The notes under the pieces are model-generated. The model saw nothing but the letters and a program-made list of their open reading frames with translations. It did not search any database and was not told the origin of the DNA. Shown piece after piece: positions 39,097 through 47,269 of a stretch of DNA of 64,000 bases (positions are counted from its first letter, which is position 1; each line of letters opens with the position of its first letter). Origin of the DNA: Candidatus Melainabacteria bacterium (GTDB lineage: Bacteria > Cyanobacteriota > Vampirovibrionia > 2-02-FULL-35-15); the NCBI GenBank assembly GCA_016193285.1, contig JACPSL010000025.1:58523-122522 (forward strand). Reading direction: 5' to 3'. Position numbers and translations under genes: made by a program.

Positions 39097-39669
39097 TTAC
39101 ACTTCTAATTTACGAGTAATATGGAAATATGAATTTTCAATTTGGGTTATCATTTCATTAAGTGTTTTATTGTCAAACTTTAAATCATTTAGTTTAATAA
39201 TCCCTTTAAATATTCCTATTTTATTTAAGTCAATTCCTTTTTCAATAATTTTTTGGGTGGGTATATTATCAGAGATAAAAAAGGAAAATTTATCATATTC
39301 AATATATAAAGGATTAATTTTTTCAAGAATGTTTTCAATGAACAAGATTATAGGAAAGTTATTACTTATACATGCATAAGATTGTGCTTTAGAACCAACT
39401 GAAAAAGCAATGTTAATTTTTCTGTCAGTAAGATACCTGTTTAAAAATACAGATCTGCAAATCGTTGAAAACTCTTCAAATAATCCAAATATTGATATGA
39501 TCCATCCAATAATTTTTGCCTCTAATTTATTTTCTTCCAGAACTTTTTTTATTTCGCTCGTGTTTTGAGCAGTAATAGTTACATCATGACCTCTTGACTT
39601 TAGTTCACTACTTAGTGCCTTTATAAAAGGAATGTGTTTAGGGTTATCAATGTCAAGCCAGATGTGCAT
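39097..39669 (-). CDS. DUF354-like protein fragment (N-terminal ~190 aa of a ~340-aa family; likely truncated)
   Basis: N-terminus MHIWLDIDNPKHIPFIKAL...LKSRGHDVTITA matches the conserved DUF354 start (MKIWIDI.N.PHV.F). A family B promoter/stub repeat sits in front of it. Confidence 0.4.
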   Translation of the reverse strand: MHIWLDIDNPKHIPFIKALSSELKSRGHDVTITAQNTSEIKKVLEENKLEAKIIGWIISIFGLFEEFSTICRSVFLNRYLTDRKINIAFSVGSKAQSYACISNNFPIILFIENILEKINPLYIEYDKFSFFISDNIPTQKIIEKGIDLNKIGIFKGIIKLNDLKFDNKTLNEMITQIENSYFHITRKLEV

Positions 39670-39727
39670 TTTTTACTTTATATTGTTTTTTTTTCATGAC
39701 TTTGACTTTATTATACCCAGTTTTTGC
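39670..39727. repeat. island repeat family B, copy 1 (promoter plus MKKKQYKVK antitoxin stub)
   Basis: The minus strand reads CTGGGTATAAT-AAAGTCAAAGTC-ATGAAAAAAAAACAATATAAAGTAAAA. The stub runs out of frame into the DUF354 ORF. Confidence 0.65.
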
Positions 39728-39790
39728 CTTGCTTTTTTATCCGCTGCTCCATAATGCTTGACAGTTTTGCTGAGTGAATCAAAGCTTAAG

Positions 39791-39988
39791 TTAACCTGCT
39801 CTTTTAAACTCACTAAAAAGTTTGTCAATATTTTTAACAGGTCTAACTTGTTTTCTTAATTTTTCGAATTCTCTTGCACCTTTACTTATATAAGCAAAGT
39901 ATTCTTTTGCATTCATGTTTTTGGTTTTTTTATAGTTTTCTCCACGGATTTTATGTAATTCTTTTAACGGATCATCATTTTTATTCAT
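39791..39988 (-). CDS. small basic protein partner of PIN paralog 3
   Basis: MNKNDDPLKELHKIRGENYKK...YFAYISKGAREF; family shared with 26857..27054 and 28304..28459. Confidence 0.5.
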   Translation of the reverse strand: MNKNDDPLKELHKIRGENYKKTKNMNAKEYFAYISKGAREFEKLRKQVRPVKNIDKLFSEFKRAG

Positions 39989-40015
39989 TGTATTTACCCC
40001 CTTATTTATTAATAT

Positions 40016-40501
40016 TTATTTTCCCAAGAATTGTCTTGGTGAAACTAATTCTATTAATGCATAACCTTCTCGTAGATTAATTATGTGTACTCCTTTGACA
40101 ACCTTTGCTTTGACTATATGCTTAAAGTTCCATGAAACAAGAAAGTCGCATTTGATTAATGATGCTATTGCAATATGCATAGCATCATCTCTATATTTAG
40201 CTGGTATTAATTTTTCACTAATGTAGGTATTTGCTAAGTTAAGTGTTTCTTCTTTATCAGGTTGAATAACTTCTGGGCTAAATGAATCAATTAATCTTGC
40301 AAGTTCATTTTTTCTTTTAGCACTTGCCCTATTCATCTCATCTTCTACAAGGTCTGAGATTAGTACTGTATAATTACTTCTCTTGTTTCTAAGCATCTTA
40401 AAAAAATCCCATGTTACTAAACAATCTGCTCTTTCTGTTTCGAGAGCAAAATTCCAGACTGAAGTATCAATATAAAGTTTTAGTGGTTTCCCCATTTTCA
40501 A
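40016..40501 (-). CDS. PIN-domain protein (VapC-like toxin), paralog 3
   Basis: LKLYIDTSVWN...DAMHIAIASL...SWNFKHIV...IELVSPRQF. Confidence 0.65.
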   Translation of the reverse strand: MKMGKPLKLYIDTSVWNFALETERADCLVTWDFFKMLRNKRSNYTVLISDLVEDEMNRASAKRKNELARLIDSFSPEVIQPDKEETLNLANTYISEKLIPAKYRDDAMHIAIASLIKCDFLVSWNFKHIVKAKVVKGVHIINLREGYALIELVSPRQFLGK

Positions 40502-40545
40502 TTTTTACTTTATATTGCTTTTTTTTCATGACCTTGACTTTGCTA
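40494..40545. repeat. island repeat family B, copy 2 (promoter plus 13-codon MKKKQYKVKIENG stub directly before the PIN start)
   Basis: Seen directly. Confidence 0.65.
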
Positions 40546-40661
40546 TCCTAAAGTATCTTAATTATATCCTCGGGGTAGATTTAAGTACAGAAGCAGGCTT
40601 TAACTCAAAGCCCATATTTACTTGCAAGAAATGTTTATCCATGGTCAATATTTCCTTAATT

Positions 40662-40934
40662 TTAAATTCTTGCATAACGACCATTGAAGACAAATCTACA
40701 AAAGAAATCCTTATAAACTACAGAATCTATTAATTCAGGGGTTAGTTCCTTATAATCTACTTCTGCACTTATACACCCTATTAATTCTTTAAGTAAGGCT
40801 TTATCTTCAGGATCCTCAAAATTTTCCTCTTCAAGAAAAATTATTATTCCTTCCTTGAAATTACTTAGATCTAAAGGTTCTAAAGGTTTTATTTCTCCAT
40901 TTTCAATTTTTACTTTATACTGTTTTTTTTTCAT
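40662..40934 (-). CDS. DUF104-type (KVKIENGEIKPLEPLDL) antitoxin-family protein
   Basis: The N-terminal consensus is typical of small antitoxins paired with PIN toxins. Confidence 0.55.
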   Translation of the reverse strand: MKKKQYKVKIENGEIKPLEPLDLSNFKEGIIIFLEEENFEDPEDKALLKELIGCISAEVDYKELTPELIDSVVYKDFFCRFVFNGRYARI

Positions 40935-40975
40935 GACTTTGATTTTATTATACCCAGTTTTTGCTTATACTTGGT
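40894..40975. repeat. island repeat family B, copy 3 (the intact promoter and 5' end of the DUF104 antitoxin gene)
   Basis: Seen directly. Confidence 0.65.
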
Positions 40976-40981
40976 TTACAA

Positions 40982-41114
40982 GGGTGACTTCCGTGAGAAA
41001 ATGATCAGTACTGTCTAAGGTGCAGTAGCAACTTAAAGGATTTAACTGGTTTATCCAGTAAATCCGATCAAGCAAGGAAGAGCGACAAACGGAAGCTTCA
41101 GCTTGTCTGAAGCT
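40982..41114 (+). ncRNA. GC-rich structured element / 5' leader ending in a perfect hairpin GCTTCAG-CTTGT-CTGAAGC 7 nt before the ATG
   Basis: GC content is well above the flanking DNA. A terminal helix CTTCCGT/ACGGAAG encloses ~100 nt. The hairpin spans 41096..41114. The minus-strand ORF across it (40965..41189) looks non-coding. Confidence 0.3.
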
Positions 41115-41121
41115 ATAAAAA

Positions 41122-41808
41122 ATGAAAGCAATTATTTTAGCTGGTGGAAAAGGTGAAAGGCTTAGTCCTCTTACAAGTAATTGTCCCAAGGGAATGATAA
41201 AAATAGAAGGTAAACCAATACTTGAATATCAAATTGAATGGTTAAAAAAGTATGGTGTCACAGAAATTATTTTTGCATGTGGGTATCTACATGAAAAAAT
41301 CAAAGAACACTTTAGAGATGGGGACAACTTTGGTATAAAGGTTTTTTATTCTGTTGAAGATGAACCTCTTGGTCGTGGTGGGGCTATTAAAAAAGCTCTC
41401 AGCATTCAGCATTCAGCATTCAGCTCTTTTTTAGTTATGAACGGTGATGTGCTTACTGAGATGAATTTAAGTTTAGCAATCAATGCTCATAACCTTGAAA
41501 AAAAAGATAAAAATATTATTGCTACAATTTGTTTGTTTCCTTATAAAAGTCCATATGGAATTGTAAGAGTAGAAAAAGATGGATTAATAAATAACTTTGA
41601 TGAAAAAGGAGCATTGCCTTATTGGCTAAATGGAGGGATTTATATTTTTGAAGCTGAAATAAAAAAATATTTACCTGACAAGGGCGATCATGAGACAACT
41701 ACTTTTCCAGAATTAGCAAGTAAAAAATTATTATATGGTTATAAATCCATTGATTTTTGGAGAGGAATTGATACTATAAAAGATTTAAACGAATTTTTAG
41801 TTACATGA
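41122..41808 (+). CDS. sugar-phosphate nucleotidyltransferase
   Basis: N-terminal ILAGGKGERLSPLT nucleotide-binding motif; 228 aa. It contains an in-frame CAGCATT x3 repeat. Confidence 0.75.
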   Translation: MKAIILAGGKGERLSPLTSNCPKGMIKIEGKPILEYQIEWLKKYGVTEIIFACGYLHEKIKEHFRDGDNFGIKVFYSVEDEPLGRGGAIKKALSIQHSAFSSFLVMNGDVLTEMNLSLAINAHNLEKKDKNIIATICLFPYKSPYGIVRVEKDGLINNFDEKGALPYWLNGGIYIFEAEIKKYLPDKGDHETTTFPELASKKLLYGYKSIDFWRGIDTIKDLNEFLVT

Positions 41809-42776
41809 AAAAAGCTTTAATCACAGGAATTACTGGACAAGATGGATCATATCTAGCAGAGTTTCTTTTAAACAAAGGATATGAAGTGCATGGAATAGTT
41901 AGAAGAGTTGCGATTGAAGATCCTGAAAATAGACTTTGGAGAATTAAACATTTGTTAGACAAGTTAATTCTTCATTCTGCTTCAATGGAAAGCTTTGCAA
42001 GTGTTTTTAATGTAGTTGATAAAGTTAAACCAGATGAATGTTATCATCTTGCAGCTCAAAGTTTTGTAAGTTATTCATTTGAAGATGAGTTTTCTACTAT
42101 TGAAACCAATGTTAATGGGACTCATTTTATGCTAGCTGCAATTAAATCAAGAACTCCTAAGTGTAAATTTTATTTTGCTGCAAGCAGTGAAATGTTCGGG
42201 AAGGTAAAAGAAACTCCTCAGAATGAGAATACGCCCTTTAATCCAAGATCTCCTTATGGCATTTCAAAAGTTACTGGTTTTCACTTAACTAGAAATTATA
42301 GAGAGGCCTATAATTTATTTGCACTCAGTGGAATACTTTTTAATCATGAATCTCCAAAAAGAGGATATGAATTTGTTACAAGAAAGGTTACAAATACTGT
42401 TGCAAAAATAAAGTTAGGCTTAGCTAAAAAATTATATTTAGGTAACCTAGATGCTAGAAGGGATTGGGGTTTTGCAGGTGATTATGTTGAAGCAATGTGG
42501 CTTATGCTGCAACAAGACAAACCAGATGATTATGTAATTGCTAGCGGGAAAAATCATTCAGTTAAGGAATTAGTAGAAATTGCATTTGATTATGTAGGGC
42601 TTAAGTGGGAAGATTATGTTGTCATTGATGAAAGATTACATAGACCCGCTGAAATTTATGACCTAAAAGGAGATTATAGTAAAGCTAGAAATAAATTTAA
42701 ATGGGAACCAAGAATGTCTTTTCAAGAACTAATAAGGAAGATGGTTGATTCAGATATTTCTTTGTTAAAGAAGTAA
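41805..42776 (+). CDS. gmd: GDP-mannose 4,6-dehydratase
   Basis: ALITGITGQDGSYLAEFLL...YEVHGIVRR, an SDR Rossmann fold, and the YGISK catalytic motif. Confidence 0.85.
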   Translation: MKKALITGITGQDGSYLAEFLLNKGYEVHGIVRRVAIEDPENRLWRIKHLLDKLILHSASMESFASVFNVVDKVKPDECYHLAAQSFVSYSFEDEFSTIETNVNGTHFMLAAIKSRTPKCKFYFAASSEMFGKVKETPQNENTPFNPRSPYGISKVTGFHLTRNYREAYNLFALSGILFNHESPKRGYEFVTRKVTNTVAKIKLGLAKKLYLGNLDARRDWGFAGDYVEAMWLMLQQDKPDDYVIASGKNHSVKELVEIAFDYVGLKWEDYVVIDERLHRPAEIYDLKGDYSKARNKFKWEPRMSFQELIRKMVDSDISLLKK

Positions 42777-42798
42777 AAAAAATTTTAATGTATTAAAA

Positions 42799-43926
42799 AT
42801 GGAAAGCAAGACAGATGTATTAATATTGCTAACAGACCTCTTTGATAAATCTGGTGGTATTCAGACATTTAACAGATGTCTTGTTAAAGCTCTTCAAGAA
42901 ATAACCCTTGATAAAAAATTAAACATTGTTGTACTTGTATTAAGTGATAATGGTAGAAGTAAAATCCAAAACTTTTATTTAAATTCAGAGTTTATTAAGT
43001 ATATTTACTGTAATGGTTCAAAGGTTAGATTTATATTTTATTTATTAGTTAATTTTTTAAAATTTTCAATAATAGTTGTAGGTCACATAAGCTTTTTACC
43101 TCTTATAGCTGTTCTAAAGATTTTTTCCTTAAGAATTAAGATATTTTTAATTATATATGGCGTAGAAGCAACAAAAAAACTTTCATTCTTATACAAATCA
43201 AGTATAGGTTGTTTAAATAAGATTTTATATATTAGTTCTTATACATTAAATAAGATGATTTCAGTAAATAATTTAAAAAGTAAATTATGCAAGATCGATC
43301 AAAATATATTTCCTTGTACCTTAGATCCTGTTTTCTATAGCAAGCTTGTCTTAAAAAATAGACAAGAATTAAATTTACCAGAAGGAAAAATAATTCTTAC
43401 TGTTTCTAGACTAGACTCAAATAATCATTACAAAAATATTGACTTATTAATTGAATCAATGAGCGAAGTTTTAAAAATAATTTCTAATGTGTTTTGTATT
43501 ATAGTTGGAGATGGCTCAGATAGAGAAAGACTAGAACAACTAACAAAAAACAAAAACTTGCAAGATAAAGTATTGTTTACAGGTGAAGTAACAAATAAAT
43601 TATTACCTTCATATTTTAACGAGTGTAATTTATTTGTTCTTCCAAGTACAGAAGAAGGTTTTGGTATTGTATTTTTAGAAGCTATGTATTTTAGTAAGCT
43701 AGTTATAGGAGCTAGAGCTGGTGCAGTTCCTGAAGTAATAGATGATGGAATAACAGGGCTTTTAGTAGAACCAAATAATACAAGTGATTTAACAAAATGT
43801 ATTATTAAAGCTCTAAGTGATAAATCTCTTCAGGATAAGATTGGCACTAGTGGAAAAAAGAAATTAGAAAATATTTATTCTTTTGAGACTTATAAGCAAA
43901 GATTGAGAAAAATATTATGCCTTTAA
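42799..43926 (+). CDS. glycosyltransferase, GT4-like (family 1)
   Basis: C-terminal EEGFGIVFLEAM...G.PV motif. Confidence 0.7.
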   Translation: MESKTDVLILLTDLFDKSGGIQTFNRCLVKALQEITLDKKLNIVVLVLSDNGRSKIQNFYLNSEFIKYIYCNGSKVRFIFYLLVNFLKFSIIVVGHISFLPLIAVLKIFSLRIKIFLIIYGVEATKKLSFLYKSSIGCLNKILYISSYTLNKMISVNNLKSKLCKIDQNIFPCTLDPVFYSKLVLKNRQELNLPEGKIILTVSRLDSNNHYKNIDLLIESMSEVLKIISNVFCIIVGDGSDRERLEQLTKNKNLQDKVLFTGEVTNKLLPSYFNECNLFVLPSTEEGFGIVFLEAMYFSKLVIGARAGAVPEVIDDGITGLLVEPNNTSDLTKCIIKALSDKSLQDKIGTSGKKKLENIYSFETYKQRLRKILCL

Positions 43927-45122
43927 ATCAAAATAGTTCTAAATATAAAATTGCAGCTTTACTTTCTCATCCTATTCAATATCAAGCTCCTTTTTTTAAG
44001 ACTATTTCAAAATGTCATCAAATTAATTTAAAAGTTTTTTTTTGTTCTGGGTGGGGCCTTGAAGAATACAAAGATGAGGGATTTGGGCAAAGCTTTAAAT
44101 GGAATATTCCACTTCTTGAAGGTTATAAGTCGGAGTTTTTAAAAAATATAAGTCCATGTCCAAATGTTTCTAATTTTTTTGGTTTAGTTAATCCAGATAT
44201 TATAAAAAAAATCAAAGAAGAAAAATACGATGCACTTTGGATACATGGGTGGAATAGTTTTACTAACTGGATTGCAGTTTATACTGCAAGCTCATTAGGA
44301 ATCCCGGTGTTACTTCGTAGTGAAACTAATTTACTCCCTAAATTACCACAATTTAAAAAAACTATAAAAAAAATAATACTAAAGAACTTTTTTAATAAGG
44401 TTTCTAGCTTCTTAGCAATAGGAAAATATAATACTGAGTTTTATGAATCTTATGAAATTCCAAGAGAAAAAATATTTCTTGTGCCATATTCTGTAGATAA
44501 TGAGTTTTTTGTTTCAAAAGCTAAAGAACTCCAATTTAAAAAAATTGAACTAAGAAAAAAATATAACCTGCCACTTGGTGTTCCTGTAATTTTATTTTCA
44601 GGTAAATTAATAGATAGAAAAAATCCAATGGGTTTACTTAAAGCATATGAAGGTATATCAACAAAGAATAATTCAGCCTTAGTTTTTATAGGCGATGGTT
44701 GCCTAAAAAGCAAACTTAAAGACTTTACTAGAAAATATAATATTAAAAATGTATATTTTCTAGGTTTTAAGAATCAAACAGAGCTGCCAGAATTTTATGC
44801 TTTAGCAGATATTTTTGTTTTACCTTCAGAACATGAGCCATGGGGACTAGTTGTCAATGAGGCAATGTGTTTTAAACTACCTGTTGTTGTAAGTAATCAG
44901 GTAGGAGCTATAGGTGACTTAGTTAAAGATGGTATAAATGGGTTTATTTATCCTTGTAGAAATACTCCAGAATTATTAAAAAAGTTAAATTTGTTGGTTT
45001 CTAATAGTGATCTTAGAGAAAAATTTGGACAAGAGTCTTATAACATTATTAAAAACTGGTCTTATGAAGAAGGAGTAAAAGGGATTTTAAGTTGCATGGG
45101 ATTTATTAATGAAAGATTTTAG
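43917..45122 (+). CDS. glycosyltransferase, GT4-like
   Basis: EHEPWGLVVNEAMCFKLPVVVS motif. Confidence 0.7.
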   Translation: MPLNQNSSKYKIAALLSHPIQYQAPFFKTISKCHQINLKVFFCSGWGLEEYKDEGFGQSFKWNIPLLEGYKSEFLKNISPCPNVSNFFGLVNPDIIKKIKEEKYDALWIHGWNSFTNWIAVYTASSLGIPVLLRSETNLLPKLPQFKKTIKKIILKNFFNKVSSFLAIGKYNTEFYESYEIPREKIFLVPYSVDNEFFVSKAKELQFKKIELRKKYNLPLGVPVILFSGKLIDRKNPMGLLKAYEGISTKNNSALVFIGDGCLKSKLKDFTRKYNIKNVYFLGFKNQTELPEFYALADIFVLPSEHEPWGLVVNEAMCFKLPVVVSNQVGAIGDLVKDGINGFIYPCRNTPELLKKLNLLVSNSDLREKFGQESYNIIKNWSYEEGVKGILSCMGFINERF

Positions 45123-45951
45123 TAAAGTACAAATAGAACAAGTAAAAGATTTTTGGGATGAAAGTCCCTGCAATATTCACCATTCAAAAGAAGAAATCGG
45201 AACAAAAAAATATTTTGATGAAGTTGAATTTAGGAAATATTTTGTTGAACCACACATACTTAAATTTGCTGAATTTGAAAGATGGAGAGGAAAAAAGGTC
45301 CTTGAAATTGGCTGTGGAATTGGCACTGATACTGTTAGCTTTGCACGTAATGGTGCAAGGGTAACTGTTGTTGAACTTTCTAGTAAATCTATTGATATAG
45401 CAAAGATGCGTGCTAAGACCTATGGTTTGGAAAATAAAATTCAATTTTACTCGGGTGATGCTGAAAAGCTAAGTAGTTTTTTACCAAATGAGAAGTTTGA
45501 TTTAGTTTACTCATTTGGAGTAATACATCATACCCCACACCCAGAAAATGTAATAAAAGAAATAAAAAGCTTTGTTCACAGTAAAAGCATTATAAAAATT
45601 ATGGTTTATAACCGGTTTTCATGGAAAGCATTGTGGATATTTTTAAAATATGGGAAAGGAATTAACTTTAATTTTAAAAAGTTAATTGCAAGTCACTCTG
45701 AAGCTCAGGAAGATTGTCCTGTTACCTATACTTATACAAAAGGTGAAATAAAGAAAATGTTAGAAAGCTTTAATTTTAAGGTAGTTGATATAAAAATAGA
45801 ACATATTTTTCCTTATAACATCTCTGATTATGTGAACTATAAATATACTAAAGTTTGGTATTTTAGGATTTTACCTGATTGGTTATTTAAGTTTTTAGAA
45901 AAAAAATTGGGTTGGCATTTGTGTGTTACTGCAGTTCCAAATGAAAAATAA
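45109..45951 (+). CDS. class I SAM-dependent methyltransferase
   Basis: VLEIGCGIGTD motif I. Confidence 0.7.
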   Translation: MKDFSKVQIEQVKDFWDESPCNIHHSKEEIGTKKYFDEVEFRKYFVEPHILKFAEFERWRGKKVLEIGCGIGTDTVSFARNGARVTVVELSSKSIDIAKMRAKTYGLENKIQFYSGDAEKLSSFLPNEKFDLVYSFGVIHHTPHPENVIKEIKSFVHSKSIIKIMVYNRFSWKALWIFLKYGKGINFNFKKLIASHSEAQEDCPVTYTYTKGEIKKMLESFNFKVVDIKIEHIFPYNISDYVNYKYTKVWYFRILPDWLFKFLEKKLGWHLCVTAVPNEK

Positions 45952-47269
45952 AAAGCTAAAAATATCGATATTTGGTCTTGGTAAGCTTGGAGTACCTTTT
46001 GTTGCAAGTTTTATATCAAAAGGTTTTAAGGTTATTGGAGTAGATCTAGACAAAAGTAAGGTAACTAATTTAAAAAAACTAAAATCACCTGTTTATGAGC
46101 CTGGTGTTCAAAAATTACTAAATAAATATGGAAAAAATCTTATAGTTACACGAGATGGAATAAAAGCAGTCAAAGAGACAGATGTAACATTTGTTATAGT
46201 AGCTACTCCAAGTGAAAGCAGTGGTAATTTTTCAAATAAGTATGTTTTAGATACATGTAAGAAAATTGCTGTAGGATTAAAAGAAAAAAAATCTTATCAT
46301 ATTGTATGTGTCACCAGCACTATTATGCCCGGGACAATGAGCTCATTAGTGAAACCCTGCTTAGAAAATATAAGCAAGAAAATAGTAACTAAGGATTTTG
46401 GGTTATGTTACAATCCTGAGTTTATTGCACTTGGAAGTGTTATTAACGATTTTTTAAATCCTGATTTTATTTTAATTGGTGAATCTGATCCTAAAGCTGG
46501 TAAAAAAATTGAATCTATTTATAACCAAGTTTGTAATAATAAGCCTAAAGTTGTAAGGATGAATTTTATAAATGCAGAATTAACAAAGCTTGCATTAAAT
46601 ACTTACATTACAACTAAAATCAGCTTTGCTAATATGCTTGCAAGAATTTGTGAAAAATTAAAAGATGCAAATGTAGATATAATTACAAACGCATTAGGCT
46701 ATGATAGCCGTATTGGGGGTAATTATTTAAAAGGTGCTATTAGCTATGGTGGTCCATGTTTTCCAAGAGATAATATTGCTTTAACAACATTTGCAAAAAA
46801 AATAAGAGCTCCTGTTCATATTGCAGAAACTACTGATAAGTTTAACCTCTGGCAAGTCAAATATTTAAAAGATGTTATAGAAAAATTTCTTCCTGAGTCA
46901 GGTACTATTGGCATTATAGGTTTGACTTATAAACTTAATACAAATGTTGTTGAAAAAGCTTTTGGCTTTTTGCTTTTTAAAATGTTAAAAGCTTTAAAAA
47001 AGAAAACTATTGTTTATGATAGAGTTGGTTTTGAAAATTTAAAATATGCTCTTTTAAGTAAAAAAAATTTTGCTAAATCTTATTCTGAATGTATTAAAAA
47101 ATCAGATGTAGTAGTTATAACGACTCCAGATAAAAACTTAAATGCTATACCAAAGAGTACCTGGTCACATAAAAACAAATCTCGGGTAGTAATAGACTGC
47201 TGGCGAGTTTTAAAAAATTTTAAAACCTTACAAGAAATTAACTATATCCCTTTAGGAATAGGTAAATGA
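45923..47269 (+). CDS. ugd: UDP-glucose / nucleotide-sugar 6-dehydrogenase
   Basis: N-terminal ISIFGLGKLGVPFVA NAD motif and a central GGPCFPRD catalytic Cys region. Confidence 0.8.
   Translation: MLLQFQMKNKKLKISIFGLGKLGVPFVASFISKGFKVIGVDLDKSKVTNLKKLKSPVYEPGVQKLLNKYGKNLIVTRDGIKAVKETDVTFVIVATPSESSGNFSNKYVLDTCKKIAVGLKEKKSYHIVCVTSTIMPGTMSSLVKPCLENISKKIVTKDFGLCYNPEFIALGSVINDFLNPDFILIGESDPKAGKKIESIYNQVCNNKPKVVRMNFINAELTKLALNTYITTKISFANMLARICEKLKDANVDIITNALGYDSRIGGNYLKGAISYGGPCFPRDNIALTTFAKKIRAPVHIAETTDKFNLWQVKYLKDVIEKFLPESGTIGIIGLTYKLNTNVVEKAFGFLLFKMLKALKKKTIVYDRVGFENLKYALLSKKNFAKSYSECIKKSDVVVITTPDKNLNAIPKSTWSHKNKSRVVIDCWRVLKNFKTLQEINYIPLGIGK

Noticed and set aside
40965-41189. Tracked 74-aa minus-strand ORF (MGQLLVRGLSLSPFPP...)
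   Set aside because: It lies entirely over the GC-rich structured segment and the 5' end of the nucleotidyltransferase gene. Its Gly/Leu/Arg/Ser-rich, low-complexity translation is typical of a spurious ORF over a structured RNA.
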